A stretch of 63,835 nt of DNA, filler included, from Deltaproteobacteria bacterium (GTDB lineage: Bacteria; JAEEML01), in NCBI GenBank assembly GCA_016283195.1. It is 6 parts of 6 records of this genome, joined end to end, with 100 filler letters (N's around TTAATTAATTAA, not from the genome) between each part and the next. Parts side by side here need not be neighbours in the genome. Positions count along the whole stretch, not along the records: positions 16,979 to 36,916 come from JAEEML010000129.1; 5 more parts are not named here. One strand, 5' to 3'. Shown here in pieces: positions 19,555 through 29,014 of this stretch. A program made the translations under genes and the position numbers. The first letter of the stretch is position 1; each line of letters begins with the position of its first letter. The notes under the pieces are model-generated. The model did no database searches. It was not told the DNA's origin and saw nothing but the letters and a program-made list of their open reading frames with translations.

Positions 19555-21406
19555 CGCGCAGACCCTCAACCGGATTATAGCGCTCAGCTAGCCTTGAGGG
19601 GAATACCGCAGCCAAAAAGGTGATAGCCAGGGCGCTTACGACAATGAGAACAACATCGAGAACTTCCAGATATACCGGTAGCTCGTCTATATAATAAACC
19701 TCGGGATCCAGCCAAACGCCGAAAGTTTTGGTGAGGTAGCAGAGGGTAATGCCCAGGAGCGTGCCTAATAGTGTGCCCAGCGCTCCAATGATAAGCCCCT
19801 GAAAAACAAAAACTTTCATCACTGTTAGGTCGCTGGCGCCCATTGATTTTAAGAGAGCGATGGCCTGGCCCTTTTCCATTACCGACATAGTGAGTGTGTT
19901 GATGATGGAAAAACTGGCCACCAGCACGATAAAAATGAGCACCACAAAGGTAACCACTTTTTCCAGTTCCACACTGGCGAGGAGCGCTTCGTTTTTGCGT
20001 TTCCAATCGTGGATGCGGTGGGGATAGCCGCCCAGAGTTTTGAGCACAGTCGGCGCTATGCGCTCGGTATCTCTAGCCTCTTTAAGGCGGATACCGATGC
20101 CGCTCACAGTCTCCGGAGTATCAAAAAAAGCCTGCGCGGTGCTAAGCGGTATATACATGAATTTAGAGTCGTATTCATACATACGGCTATTGAAAATCCC
20201 GCCTACGACAAAAGAGCGGCTCTTGGGAATGGGGCCAATTGGTGAGAGCTCTTCGTGGATGGGGGAAACTATGCGGATGGTGTCGCCGATGTCGGCGGAG
20301 AGGATGCGCATAAGTTCGGTGCCGATGAGAATTTTAGTCGGTGTGGTATCGGCAATAGTTATGCCGGGCAGGGGGCTCTTTTGTTGCTTTTTCTCTCCTT
20401 GGTAATCTGGGTCTAAAAAGTCGCAATCGCCAAGCTCAACGTGGTCAAAAATATTAATAACTTTGGCAGCTTCGTTTTTGCGGACTCCAAAGAGCATGGC
20501 TCCAGCCAGATTGGTGTCGCTGGCTACCATCACTTCGCCCATGAGGTATGGGTAAGCGGCTACTACTTGATCTAACGCCTCGACATCTTTAACTTTTTCG
20601 TCGTAGTCAGTTATTTGATAGCCCTCATAGGTGGAGGCAGTGAGGTGGGCATTGGCGCCAATCATTTTTTCAATCATATCGCGTTCGAAACCTGAGAGCA
20701 CACCAATGCTGACAATCATCAGGGCGACGCCCAAAGTAACGCCGAAAATAGAAATAAAAGTGACAGTTGAAAGAGCCGCAGTTTTTTTTGCTCGCACAAA
20801 TCTCCAGGCAATGAGCCGCTCTACATAGGTGGAATTATTGGCATTTTTTTCGCCGGTGAAAAGATAGGTGAGGCAGGCAGCCACCTCCAGAATGAGGCCG
20901 CCGGCAAGAGGTGCGGCCACCAAAAAGCGCAGTTCCGGCGAAGCAATACCCACCAGATAATAGCGCGGATAAAAGACAGCTATAGCTATTTCAGTGGCGA
21001 TAAAAAGAGCCGCCAGCAGTGAAAATGGCGAGAGTTTTTTGGCTCTAAATGTGGGCCAAAAGCCGGAGATGGCACAGGAAAAGGCAATGCCCAGCCAGGC
21101 TATGGCGCTATGGCGGGCTATGGTGCCGCCCAGCAAAATAAATGCCGCGAGGAAAAGGCCGTTTAAAAGCACCAGCATGGTGGCGGTCCAGGCGGTTAGT
21201 TTAGGCGAAAGGGCGCTTTGCCTAATATTAAGAGCCTCTTTGGACCGCTGCTTCTTAAGGAGGCGCGCTATAAAAAAGATTAGAAAATCGAGCCCACAAA
21301 AGGCGCAAAAGAGAATAAGGCTGAAAAGACGGGCATCTTTAGCCAGCTCTTCGGGAGTTGGACCGGCGAGGTGAAAAAGGGCAGCAATGTGACTAAATGT
21401 AAGCAC
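19547..21406 (-). CDS. lolE: Lipoprotein-releasing ABC transporter permease (LolC/E) with an extra N-terminal membrane domain
   Basis: ISIFGVTLGVALMIVSIGVLSGFE, IALLKSMGAS, YYIDELP, PVEGLR; GGAGA RBS before GTG 21406 (ORF extends to 21505). Confidence 0.9.
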   Translation of the reverse strand: MLTFSHIAALFHLAGPTPEELAKDARLFSLILFCAFCGLDFLIFFIARLLKKQRSKEALNIRQSALSPKLTAWTATMLVLLNGLFLAAFILLGGTIARHSAIAWLGIAFSCAISGFWPTFRAKKLSPFSLLAALFIATEIAIAVFYPRYYLVGIASPELRFLVAAPLAGGLILEVAACLTYLFTGEKNANNSTYVERLIAWRFVRAKKTAALSTVTFISIFGVTLGVALMIVSIGVLSGFERDMIEKMIGANAHLTASTYEGYQITDYDEKVKDVEALDQVVAAYPYLMGEVMVASDTNLAGAMLFGVRKNEAAKVINIFDHVELGDCDFLDPDYQGEKKQQKSPLPGITIADTTPTKILIGTELMRILSADIGDTIRIVSPIHEELSPIGPIPKSRSFVVGGIFNSRMYEYDSKFMYIPLSTAQAFFDTPETVSGIGIRLKEARDTERIAPTVLKTLGGYPHRIHDWKRKNEALLASVELEKVVTFVVLIFIVLVASFSIINTLTMSVMEKGQAIALLKSMGASDLTVMKVFVFQGLIIGALGTLLGTLLGITLCYLTKTFGVWLDPEVYYIDELPVYLEVLDVVLIVVSALAITFLAAVFPSRLAERYNPVEGLRDG

Positions 21407-21626
21407 CGATTCTCCGCTTTGCGGCCTCAAAAAAGCCCGGTAAAATCTAAAAAATTTATTTTTAAGCCCAACTGGCTGGTGGTTAAACACCCAAAAAAGC
21501 TCCACCGGCCCAAAAGTGCGCGGGGAACGGGCGACTATTTAGCACTATGGCACCTTATTTTTCAAGGCTTCATTGGTTTTTTATGTGTGAAAAAAACAGA
21601 GATGTAAGGAGCCACATTTTGGCGCC

Positions 21627-23144
21627 TTAGTTCACCGGCTTCATGGTGGGGAACAAAATAACATCGCGGATGGAGGCGTTATTGGTTAAGAGCATAATCA
21701 GCCGGTCTATGCCGATGCCGCAACCGCCGGTTGGTGGCAGGCCGTATTCCAGAGCGCGCACATAGTCATAATCGCACTCGTGGGCCTCTTCGTCGCCAGC
21801 CGCTTTTTGGGCCACCTGCTCCTCAAAGCGGGCCAGCTGGTCGGCCGGGTCGTTGAGCTCGCTAAAGGCATTGGCCAATTCGTGGCCAGTGACATAGAGC
21901 TCAAAGCGCTCCACCAGGCGCGGGTCGCTCTCTTTTTTGCGCGAAAGCGGCGAGACATCTTTGGGAAAATCCATGATAAATGTTGGATTTACCAGCTTTT
22001 CTTCGCATGAAGCTTCAAAAATGGCCGCCACCAGCTTGCCGTGAGTCACCACTTTTTCTTCTATGCCCAGGCGCCCAGCCACCGCTTTGGCTACCTCAAA
22101 GTCATCAAAAACATTTTCTTCTATGCCGCCGATTTCGCGGATGGCCTCAGCCATGGTGAGGCGCTTCCACGGGCGAGCCAGCGAGACGCGCTTATCGCCA
22201 TAAGGCAAATAGCGCACGCCGTCTTCCACTTCGCCCAGGTTAAGATTATCGGCCACAGTACAAATGAGGTCTTCCACCAGATCCATGAGTTTTATGTAAT
22301 TGCTATAGGCTTCGTAAAACTCAATAGTGGTAAATTCGGGATTGTGAGTGGTGTCCATGCCCTCGTTGCGGAAGCAGCGGTTAAGCTCAAAAACGCGGTC
22401 AAAGCCGCCCACTACCAGGCGCTTTAAATAGAGCTCCGGGGCAATGCGCATATAAAGCGGAATATCAAGAGCGTTGTGGTGCGTTTTAAAGGGGCGGGCT
22501 GCCGCGCCGCCGGCCATGGTGTGCATCATCGGCGTTTCCACCTCGATATAGCCCTTATCTTCCATAAAGCGGCGCACCTCACTCACAATTTTGGAGCGCA
22601 GCATGAGCGTTTTGCGCGATTCTTCATTGACCACCAGGTCAACATAGCGCTGGCGATAGCGGGCTTCCGGGTCGCTAAAGGCATCAAAAGTCTGGCCGTC
22701 TTTGCGCTTTACCACTGGCAACGGGCGGATGGCTTTAGAGAGCAGGCGGAAGGAGTCGGCGTGAATGGTGAGTTCGCCGGTTTTACTCTTCATCAAGTAG
22801 CCGCTAAGGCCAATAATATCGCCAAGATCGGAGAGCTTAAAGACGCCAAATTCTTTCTCGGTAAGGTCGTTTTTGCTCACATAGGCCTGGATGCGCCCAG
22901 TGCGATCCTGAATACGCAAAAAGGCCGCTTTGCCAAAGGAATTTAGAGCCATAATGCGCCCGGCAACAGCTACCACAATGTGTTTTTCCCTAAGCTCTTC
23001 GCCATCTTCCGCGCCGTACTTAGCCGCAATTTCGCTGGCTAGAGCATTTGGCTCAAAATCATTGGGGTAAAACTTTTCGCCGAGGGCCAGGGCGGAGGCC
23101 AATTTCTCTTTTCTTACCGCTATTTGCTCGCTAACTTCTTCCAT
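21627..23144 (-). CDS. lysS: Lysine--tRNA ligase (class II)
   Basis: RYRQRYVDL, GGAAARPF, LRIAPEL-like YMRIAPELYLKRL, HNPEFT, GLPPTGGCGIGIDRL. Confidence 0.98.
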   Translation of the reverse strand: MEEVSEQIAVRKEKLASALALGEKFYPNDFEPNALASEIAAKYGAEDGEELREKHIVVAVAGRIMALNSFGKAAFLRIQDRTGRIQAYVSKNDLTEKEFGVFKLSDLGDIIGLSGYLMKSKTGELTIHADSFRLLSKAIRPLPVVKRKDGQTFDAFSDPEARYRQRYVDLVVNEESRKTLMLRSKIVSEVRRFMEDKGYIEVETPMMHTMAGGAAARPFKTHHNALDIPLYMRIAPELYLKRLVVGGFDRVFELNRCFRNEGMDTTHNPEFTTIEFYEAYSNYIKLMDLVEDLICTVADNLNLGEVEDGVRYLPYGDKRVSLARPWKRLTMAEAIREIGGIEENVFDDFEVAKAVAGRLGIEEKVVTHGKLVAAIFEASCEEKLVNPTFIMDFPKDVSPLSRKKESDPRLVERFELYVTGHELANAFSELNDPADQLARFEEQVAQKAAGDEEAHECDYDYVRALEYGLPPTGGCGIGIDRLIMLLTNNASIRDVILFPTMKPVN

Positions 23145-23213
23145 AATAACCTCTTATTGCTATTGATGCATCCGCCGACAGTGCCAAACGGAGCAGGCGC
23201 TTTATATGCCTTT

Positions 23214-23427
23214 TGCGGCGGAAAGACAAGGGGGGAGCGCTTGGCCTTTTTGCGCCATCATCTCCCGGCACTCTCTGCCTGCGGCGCCCTCACCCCACAG
23301 GTAGTGGAAATTATGGCATATCACCCTCTCCATTTTTACAAATAGAGAGGGCTCATCTTGTTGAATTTTCACATATTTTGTTGAGTGAGGTGCAACGGAA
23401 GTAGCGGAGGTTTTCCCCAAAAAAGAA
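23214..23427 (-). repeat. Intergenic repeat-family copy (MITE/REP-like)
   Basis: Reverse complement of 23402-23427 equals 60451-60476 (26 nt exact); rc of 23214-23225 equals 60508-60519; rc of 23288-23299 equals 15760-15771. Confidence 0.75.
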
Positions 23428-23444
23428 AGGTATAAATCTAACTC

Positions 23445-23978
23445 TTACATGCACTGAAGATTATTATTAATAACGATTTCGCCGGAGCCTGTGGCCAAAT
23501 CTATTTTCCCGGACCAGATTTTCTTTTCGCCGTTATTATCACCGTAGCCATCTGTCTTTTTGGTAAAAGTCAGATTAATGGATGCATCTTCATCAATAAC
23601 GGCACTCGTTTTTAAGTCGTAGCGACAAGAACCGCATTTGTAGCCATCTTTGGAAGTATCCTTGGCCAGGCTTACCAAAGAGTAGCCTTTATCATCTTTA
23701 GTGAGCGCTAAGGAATATTCCCAGTCGGGGCCGCAATCATTGCAGAGGTTATCGTGCATGAGGCTAAGAGTTTTGGTGCCTTTATCGTAGGCCCAGAGCA
23801 GGCGCTCGGTTTGGACATCGGCATCGTCTGCCTGAAGAGCCTGCTTAATGGCAACACTGGCAAAGGGCAAATCTTCCCGGCACTTCGACACTTCCGTTTT
23901 TTCGTTGAGCTGGCTTGAACCGCAAGCGGCTAAATTAAGCATGACTATGCCCAACATAATAGCACAGATTTTCTTCAT
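23445..23978 (-). CDS. Hypothetical lipoprotein
   Basis: MKKICAIMLGIVMLNLAAC lipobox; CNDC and CGSC pairs; GAGGA RBS. Confidence 0.8.
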   Translation of the reverse strand: MKKICAIMLGIVMLNLAACGSSQLNEKTEVSKCREDLPFASVAIKQALQADDADVQTERLLWAYDKGTKTLSLMHDNLCNDCGPDWEYSLALTKDDKGYSLVSLAKDTSKDGYKCGSCRYDLKTSAVIDEDASINLTFTKKTDGYGDNNGEKKIWSGKIDLATGSGEIVINNNLQCM

Positions 23979-24102
23979 GGCGATTTCCTCATTTCTTTTG
24001 TGTAACCATTTGCCGTTATTGAGTAAATAAATAACAGCACTACCCAGCATATTGGAGATGGCTACTTGGTGTCAAGTCACTAGAATTTTAGAGTATTTTA
24101 GC

Positions 24103-24831
24103 TTAGTTAAACTCTGCTGTCTCTTCTCCTGCTTTATCTTCCAAGAGGGTATTTAATTTTTTGAGCAGCTCTGGCCAGGAGAAGTAGCCCTCCTTGGGTA
24201 CTCCGGCGTCATTTATGCCCCAAAAGGGGATATGGGCCGCCTTGGCTCCAGCTTCATCAAGAGCCGGGCTGTCGCCTATTATGAGACTGTTGCTTCCGGC
24301 CACTTTGAAACTATCCAGCGCGGCCTGAAAGGCAATAGGGGCGGGTTTTAATTGGCCAAATTCTTCGCTGGAGAGCAAAAGATCAAAGAGCTCTGCGGAA
24401 AGTCCCAGGGCGGTGAGGCGCTCGGCAATGTGGTCATAATCGGAGACGATAAAGAGTTTTATTTGTTTCTCTTTGGCCTTTATGAGCCACTCTTTGAGCC
24501 CGGGGCGGGGCTCGGCTTTTTTTTGCAAAAGAGCGATAAAAGCCCGCCAAAATTCTTCATTGTACCACTCTTCTGCCCGGTTTTTGGAAATATGGGCTCG
24601 CGCGGCCAGTTGGTGGAAGAGGGAGAGCTTTAGGTGGTCGCTATCGCTAAAGAGCTCATGGCGGACGGTTTGGCGCACCGCGTTAAAATGGCGCAAAATG
24701 CCGATGGAGCGCCAGAGTTTTAGGGCCATAAAGAGCTTTTTTGAGCCCTTTAAGCTGTAAAGAGTGCCATCCAAGTCAAAGATGACAGCTTTTTGCGGCC
24801 CTTTAGGCTTTTGCGGTGCCTCGGCACTCAT
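24103..24831 (-). CDS. HAD-superfamily hydrolase
   Basis: IFDLDGTL motif I, KPAP, IGDSPALD; ATGA overlap with the upstream gene. Confidence 0.9.
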   Translation of the reverse strand: MSAEAPQKPKGPQKAVIFDLDGTLYSLKGSKKLFMALKLWRSIGILRHFNAVRQTVRHELFSDSDHLKLSLFHQLAARAHISKNRAEEWYNEEFWRAFIALLQKKAEPRPGLKEWLIKAKEKQIKLFIVSDYDHIAERLTALGLSAELFDLLLSSEEFGQLKPAPIAFQAALDSFKVAGSNSLIIGDSPALDEAGAKAAHIPFWGINDAGVPKEGYFSWPELLKKLNTLLEDKAGEETAEFN

Positions 24832-25646
24832 GCGGCAGTTTGGCCCTCCGACTGCGGAGATGATATAGCTGACTGGGCCGCCGGGGCGGCTAGGGCCAAT
24901 CTTTCGGCATCGTGGCGCTTTAGAGCCGCTTCTATTTCATCGTGGTAACTAATGGCAGCGGCGGCGCCGTCTTCCAAATAGCGGGGAGCGATAAATTCCA
25001 AGCTGATGAGGGTTTTTTTGCGCCCGAAAAGTTCCACCAGTTGGGGGAACATTTTGCGCTTTACATCCCATTTGAGCTGGGCGCGATCCGGCAGGTAATC
25101 AATGACCACGCCCTCAACCAATTTGTGCTGCCGCGCCGCTTCAATTAAGCTAAAGGGCTTAAAAGGCTGGCGTTCGGCACCGGGGCTGGCGCCGCCTTCG
25201 GGGAAGATAATCAGGCGCTCGCCGGCAGCCATGGTGGCGCTAACTTTTTCGCGGGCCGAATGGCGCGAATCGGCACTCTGGCGCTCCACAAAGAGGTGGC
25301 CCATCTTTTCCAGCGCCGGGCCAAAGTAAAAAACTTTGCGCATTTCGGCCTTGATGAGGAAAAGAGCGGGAAAAACACTAAGTAAAACAGGCACATCCAA
25401 GAAGCCCATGTGATTGGCAATGACGAGGTCGCCCATGGGGCCCTCATGGGGCGGGGCAATAACTTTAATGCCCATAATGCGGCACAGGGCTTTGCCCCAG
25501 CGGCCGATGAGGTCGGTGCCCTTTTTTTTGTCCCAGCCGCCATAGCCTAAAAAAGCGCGAATACGGATGCGGTAATAGTAAAAAAGAGTGGCAAAAAGAG
25601 CTATCGGCGCGCGGTAACTAACGCGCACAAGATCACCTATTTTCAT
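24828..25646 (-). CDS. Lysophospholipid (PlsC-type) acyltransferase
   Basis: ANHMGFLD (NHxxxxD), FVER, FPEG motifs. Confidence 0.9.
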   Translation of the reverse strand: MKIGDLVRVSYRAPIALFATLFYYYRIRIRAFLGYGGWDKKKGTDLIGRWGKALCRIMGIKVIAPPHEGPMGDLVIANHMGFLDVPVLLSVFPALFLIKAEMRKVFYFGPALEKMGHLFVERQSADSRHSAREKVSATMAAGERLIIFPEGGASPGAERQPFKPFSLIEAARQHKLVEGVVIDYLPDRAQLKWDVKRKMFPQLVELFGRKKTLISLEFIAPRYLEDGAAAAISYHDEIEAALKRHDAERLALAAPAAQSAISSPQSEGQTAA

Positions 25647-25655
25647 AAAATTCCT

Positions 25656-28600
25656 TTACTTTGCAGACCAAGGTTTACAGGGCTCTTCTTTGGGCGCCGG
25701 CGGAGTGAATTCGCCATCGCCACCCACATCTATCCAGATGGGGTTGGTGAGAGCATAGGGATAAACGCGCTGCACATAACTTGGTTTAAAGCGCCCCCAC
25801 TTATTGAGAGAAACATCCATACTGTCAGCTAAATCTTTGACAACATTGAGAATATTGGTGGCAGGTAGCTCTTTGAAAGTATAGACCGGCCAGAGGCTAT
25901 TACGCCCTTCATCGTCGCCGTAGGCTTCAAGAACTACCCAGCTGTCTTTATCCAGTGAGAGATTGTGGGTGAGCTCCAAAAGATAGCGGCCGTTACTGAG
26001 CTCGCCGGGGAGGCCGTCGGCTTTGGTCCACTCTTTGACTACTTCGCCGTTGACCCAGAGCACCAGGCGATCCACCTTTATCCAGTGGGCACTTTGCAAG
26101 GTTACTTTGACTAATACCTGGCCGTTTTCGGCTTTTAATTCATCGCCGATGAGGGCTACTTCACCGTTGCCGTTGCCGCGCTCGTCGGAATCTATTTCCA
26201 TATTGATAAAGGGGCCGTTGGAGACAATAGCGCGGTGCTCTTTTACCGCACTCACCAAATCGCGCTCATCGAGAGCCCGCACCAGCTTTTCGCCAACGCG
26301 CATATAGGTGCGGTTTAAACCAACTTGATCTTCCAAAATTTGGTGGCTGTCGGATGCGCCGACGGCTGTGTACCTATAACCTTGATTCAAAAGGTTAAAC
26401 CAATCATCCACCCCGCCGGGGTAGGCTCTTTGGCCATTAGCTTCCACCAAATATTTGCCTGGGCCGTTGCCTTCCGGCAGGTGGGCATATTCATCGCTTT
26501 CGGCATCAAGGGGCATTTTCGCGGCGTGCAATAAATCGAGGCGCATACCGTTAAGAACCTCTATGCCATCGAAATCAAAGCTAAAATTAGAGCATTTATA
26601 CTGGCCGGTGCTAACTGATTCGCGGTTTAAATATTGATTGGCAGCCGGGCGCGGCATACCGGTTTCGGTATCCAGGTTATAGGCATTGAAGTAGCCCATA
26701 AAGGTGTCGCGTGGGTGGTTGACGATCACGACAGTTCCTTCCGGGCCGTATTTGCCTAAAGAGCGCACTTCTTCCAAGAGTTCAAGGGGATTCATATAAA
26801 ACCATTCAAAGCCGGAAGGCTCCGGGAAGCCGGCGATGCGTTGCGGTTTTTTGAGATAATCCGGCAGAGCATTATATTTATCCCAATCGGCTTTGGGAGC
26901 GTCTTCGGCTGGTTCTGGCACCCAGGGGCTTTTGCCATGCACGGGCGAATCGGGATCATAACGCAGCGGCCAGCCGTTGAAGTGGCCCATTTCTAAGCAG
27001 GTGTACTCTACACCCACAATAGGTTTGACCCAATCATTTAGCGCCAGTTTATCGGCTGTCGGCCCATAATCCGTGATGTAATTGTGGTCGGTGGCCACGG
27101 CGAAATCCATGCCTTCACCGGCGATGGCTTTGACCCGCTCATCAAGCGAAGTGAAGCTATCCAGCGAATTTACCGAGTGAATATGCAAGTCGCCGGATGA
27201 ATAGCCACTGGTATCAACCACGCGCTTTAAAGTGACGGAAATTTCACTCTCGCCGCCGGCGGTGAGAGTGACAGTGCGCCGCTCCTGGCTATATTCCGGG
27301 CCCCGGCTTACGACTACCGTATAATTGCCCGGGCGCACATCGGCATCTAAAAAGCCATCATTAGTATTAAACATTTTTTCAATAAATTCGCGGTTACTGT
27401 AGCCGTCGTTTAATACGTGGCTTAAATCATTGGGGCGGCGTTTTTCACCAATGGAATAATCATAAAGAAATTCCATCGGTTCCAGGCCAAGATGCGTTTC
27501 ATCGTATTGGCCGACCAAAGTAATTTTGGCTGGCATGGGCTCATTATTCTCGTTTTTAATTTCCACCATCAGGCGGGCCGGCAGGCCGATAGATAGCTCA
27601 ACTTTGCTCTCTTTACCCTCGCTGATTGTGACAGGCACCGCCTCGGCTTTGCTGGTGGAGGGCGCAGTTTCCGATACTACGCGCATAGTATATTTGCCGG
27701 CTGGCAGGCGACCTTTAAAGTTGCCGTTTTTATCGGCTGTATATTGAGAGAAGGGCAGCCCATCTTCATCAAAGACAACAACCGAGGCCAAAGCTTTGGG
27801 CTCTAATGTGTCGCCGCTATAGACAGTGCCGCTTAAAGTGCCGGTTTTTTGGCCGAAAAAGTCTTGGTATAAATCGCGAATTGAGCCGACATCGCCATTG
27901 CCGACAGCAAAATATTTTACAATGGTGTAACTTTTATGGGCTTCCAGCGATTCCGGTAGCCAAGTGTGATAAGCGCCGGTGAGGCCATCCATTAAAAAGG
28001 GCACTTCCAAGGAGTGGTCGGTGGCATTTTTATAATAATCATGATTCATTAGGGCATAGTTGCGCTCATTGGGTTTTACCCAAATGCCATAAGAAACTTC
28101 CGGGCCGGCAGTGGCAATAAAATCAGTGACGAGGCCGGGCAGAGCGGGGAGGGCCAGCGGTTTAAAATACTCTCTATCAATGGCATATTGCACATCAAAC
28201 CCGGCAACCCCGGGCATAAAAACCACATTACCGGCGCCAAAAAGTAAAACATCGCCGGCCGGCAGAGGCAGTTGCAGTTTTAGACCCTTTATAAAGGACC
28301 CGGCCAAAGCATTTACGAGTGACATAGAGAGGTCGAGCTCCTCATCGCTCTTATTGATGACAGTTGTGTGAACTTCAACGTATTGTTTGCCGCTTTCCAG
28401 CAAATAATCAACCTGAAATTCTACTTGGTCATGATCCATGATGAGCGGCATATATTTATCAATGATGGAGACAACATCGCCGGGAGTGCCATGAACTCTG
28501 AGGTGAGCTGTGCCGCTTTCCTTGCCATCATCAATAATTTCCATGTGATCCGGCAGAATACTCATTAAAAGAAAAGCCGGCATCATTTCGCCGAAATTAT

Positions 28601-28907
28601 CTTTACCCTCTTCATCTTCAGGGCGGATTATATCGGCATCTATAATGCCCCCGCCATAAACGCCCATGCCGCGCGAGAGACCGGGACGCTGGACAATTAC
28701 GCGAATTTTATCGTTTTTTAATAAATAGTCGCCAATATCGCCCAAGGCATTGGGCCCGCCTATCAGCTCACTTTTTTTGGTTATTATTTTTAGTTCCGCA
28801 GTTTTTTGAGCGCTATTAGTTGTATTATCATTTTTTTCACTGCCACAACCTGCAGATAAAAGTATGAGAGTTGTAAAAAAATAGGCGAAACTTTTTTTTA
28901 AAAGCAT
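25656..28907 (-). CDS. CehA/McbA-family PHP-like metallohydrolase lipoprotein with carboxypeptidase-regulatory-like domains
   Basis: Lipobox SAGC; GDLHIHS, ATDHN, GHFN, NHPR, GASDSH, ALTNPIWID. Confidence 0.85.
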   Translation of the reverse strand: MLLKKSFAYFFTTLILLSAGCGSEKNDNTTNSAQKTAELKIITKKSELIGGPNALGDIGDYLLKNDKIRVIVQRPGLSRGMGVYGGGIIDADIIRPEDEEGKDNFGEMMPAFLLMSILPDHMEIIDDGKESGTAHLRVHGTPGDVVSIIDKYMPLIMDHDQVEFQVDYLLESGKQYVEVHTTVINKSDEELDLSMSLVNALAGSFIKGLKLQLPLPAGDVLLFGAGNVVFMPGVAGFDVQYAIDREYFKPLALPALPGLVTDFIATAGPEVSYGIWVKPNERNYALMNHDYYKNATDHSLEVPFLMDGLTGAYHTWLPESLEAHKSYTIVKYFAVGNGDVGSIRDLYQDFFGQKTGTLSGTVYSGDTLEPKALASVVVFDEDGLPFSQYTADKNGNFKGRLPAGKYTMRVVSETAPSTSKAEAVPVTISEGKESKVELSIGLPARLMVEIKNENNEPMPAKITLVGQYDETHLGLEPMEFLYDYSIGEKRRPNDLSHVLNDGYSNREFIEKMFNTNDGFLDADVRPGNYTVVVSRGPEYSQERRTVTLTAGGESEISVTLKRVVDTSGYSSGDLHIHSVNSLDSFTSLDERVKAIAGEGMDFAVATDHNYITDYGPTADKLALNDWVKPIVGVEYTCLEMGHFNGWPLRYDPDSPVHGKSPWVPEPAEDAPKADWDKYNALPDYLKKPQRIAGFPEPSGFEWFYMNPLELLEEVRSLGKYGPEGTVVIVNHPRDTFMGYFNAYNLDTETGMPRPAANQYLNRESVSTGQYKCSNFSFDFDGIEVLNGMRLDLLHAAKMPLDAESDEYAHLPEGNGPGKYLVEANGQRAYPGGVDDWFNLLNQGYRYTAVGASDSHQILEDQVGLNRTYMRVGEKLVRALDERDLVSAVKEHRAIVSNGPFINMEIDSDERGNGNGEVALIGDELKAENGQVLVKVTLQSAHWIKVDRLVLWVNGEVVKEWTKADGLPGELSNGRYLLELTHNLSLDKDSWVVLEAYGDDEGRNSLWPVYTFKELPATNILNVVKDLADSMDVSLNKWGRFKPSYVQRVYPYALTNPIWIDVGGDGEFTPPAPKEEPCKPWSAK

Positions 28908-29014
28908 TCCTAGCCTCCAAATTATTAAAAAGAGCAAAAATAACAGGTTACGCCGGTAACCTCGGCAGGGAATTATAGCACAGGTAGCGGCAAAAGTCGC
29001 TTTTTTTATGGTAT

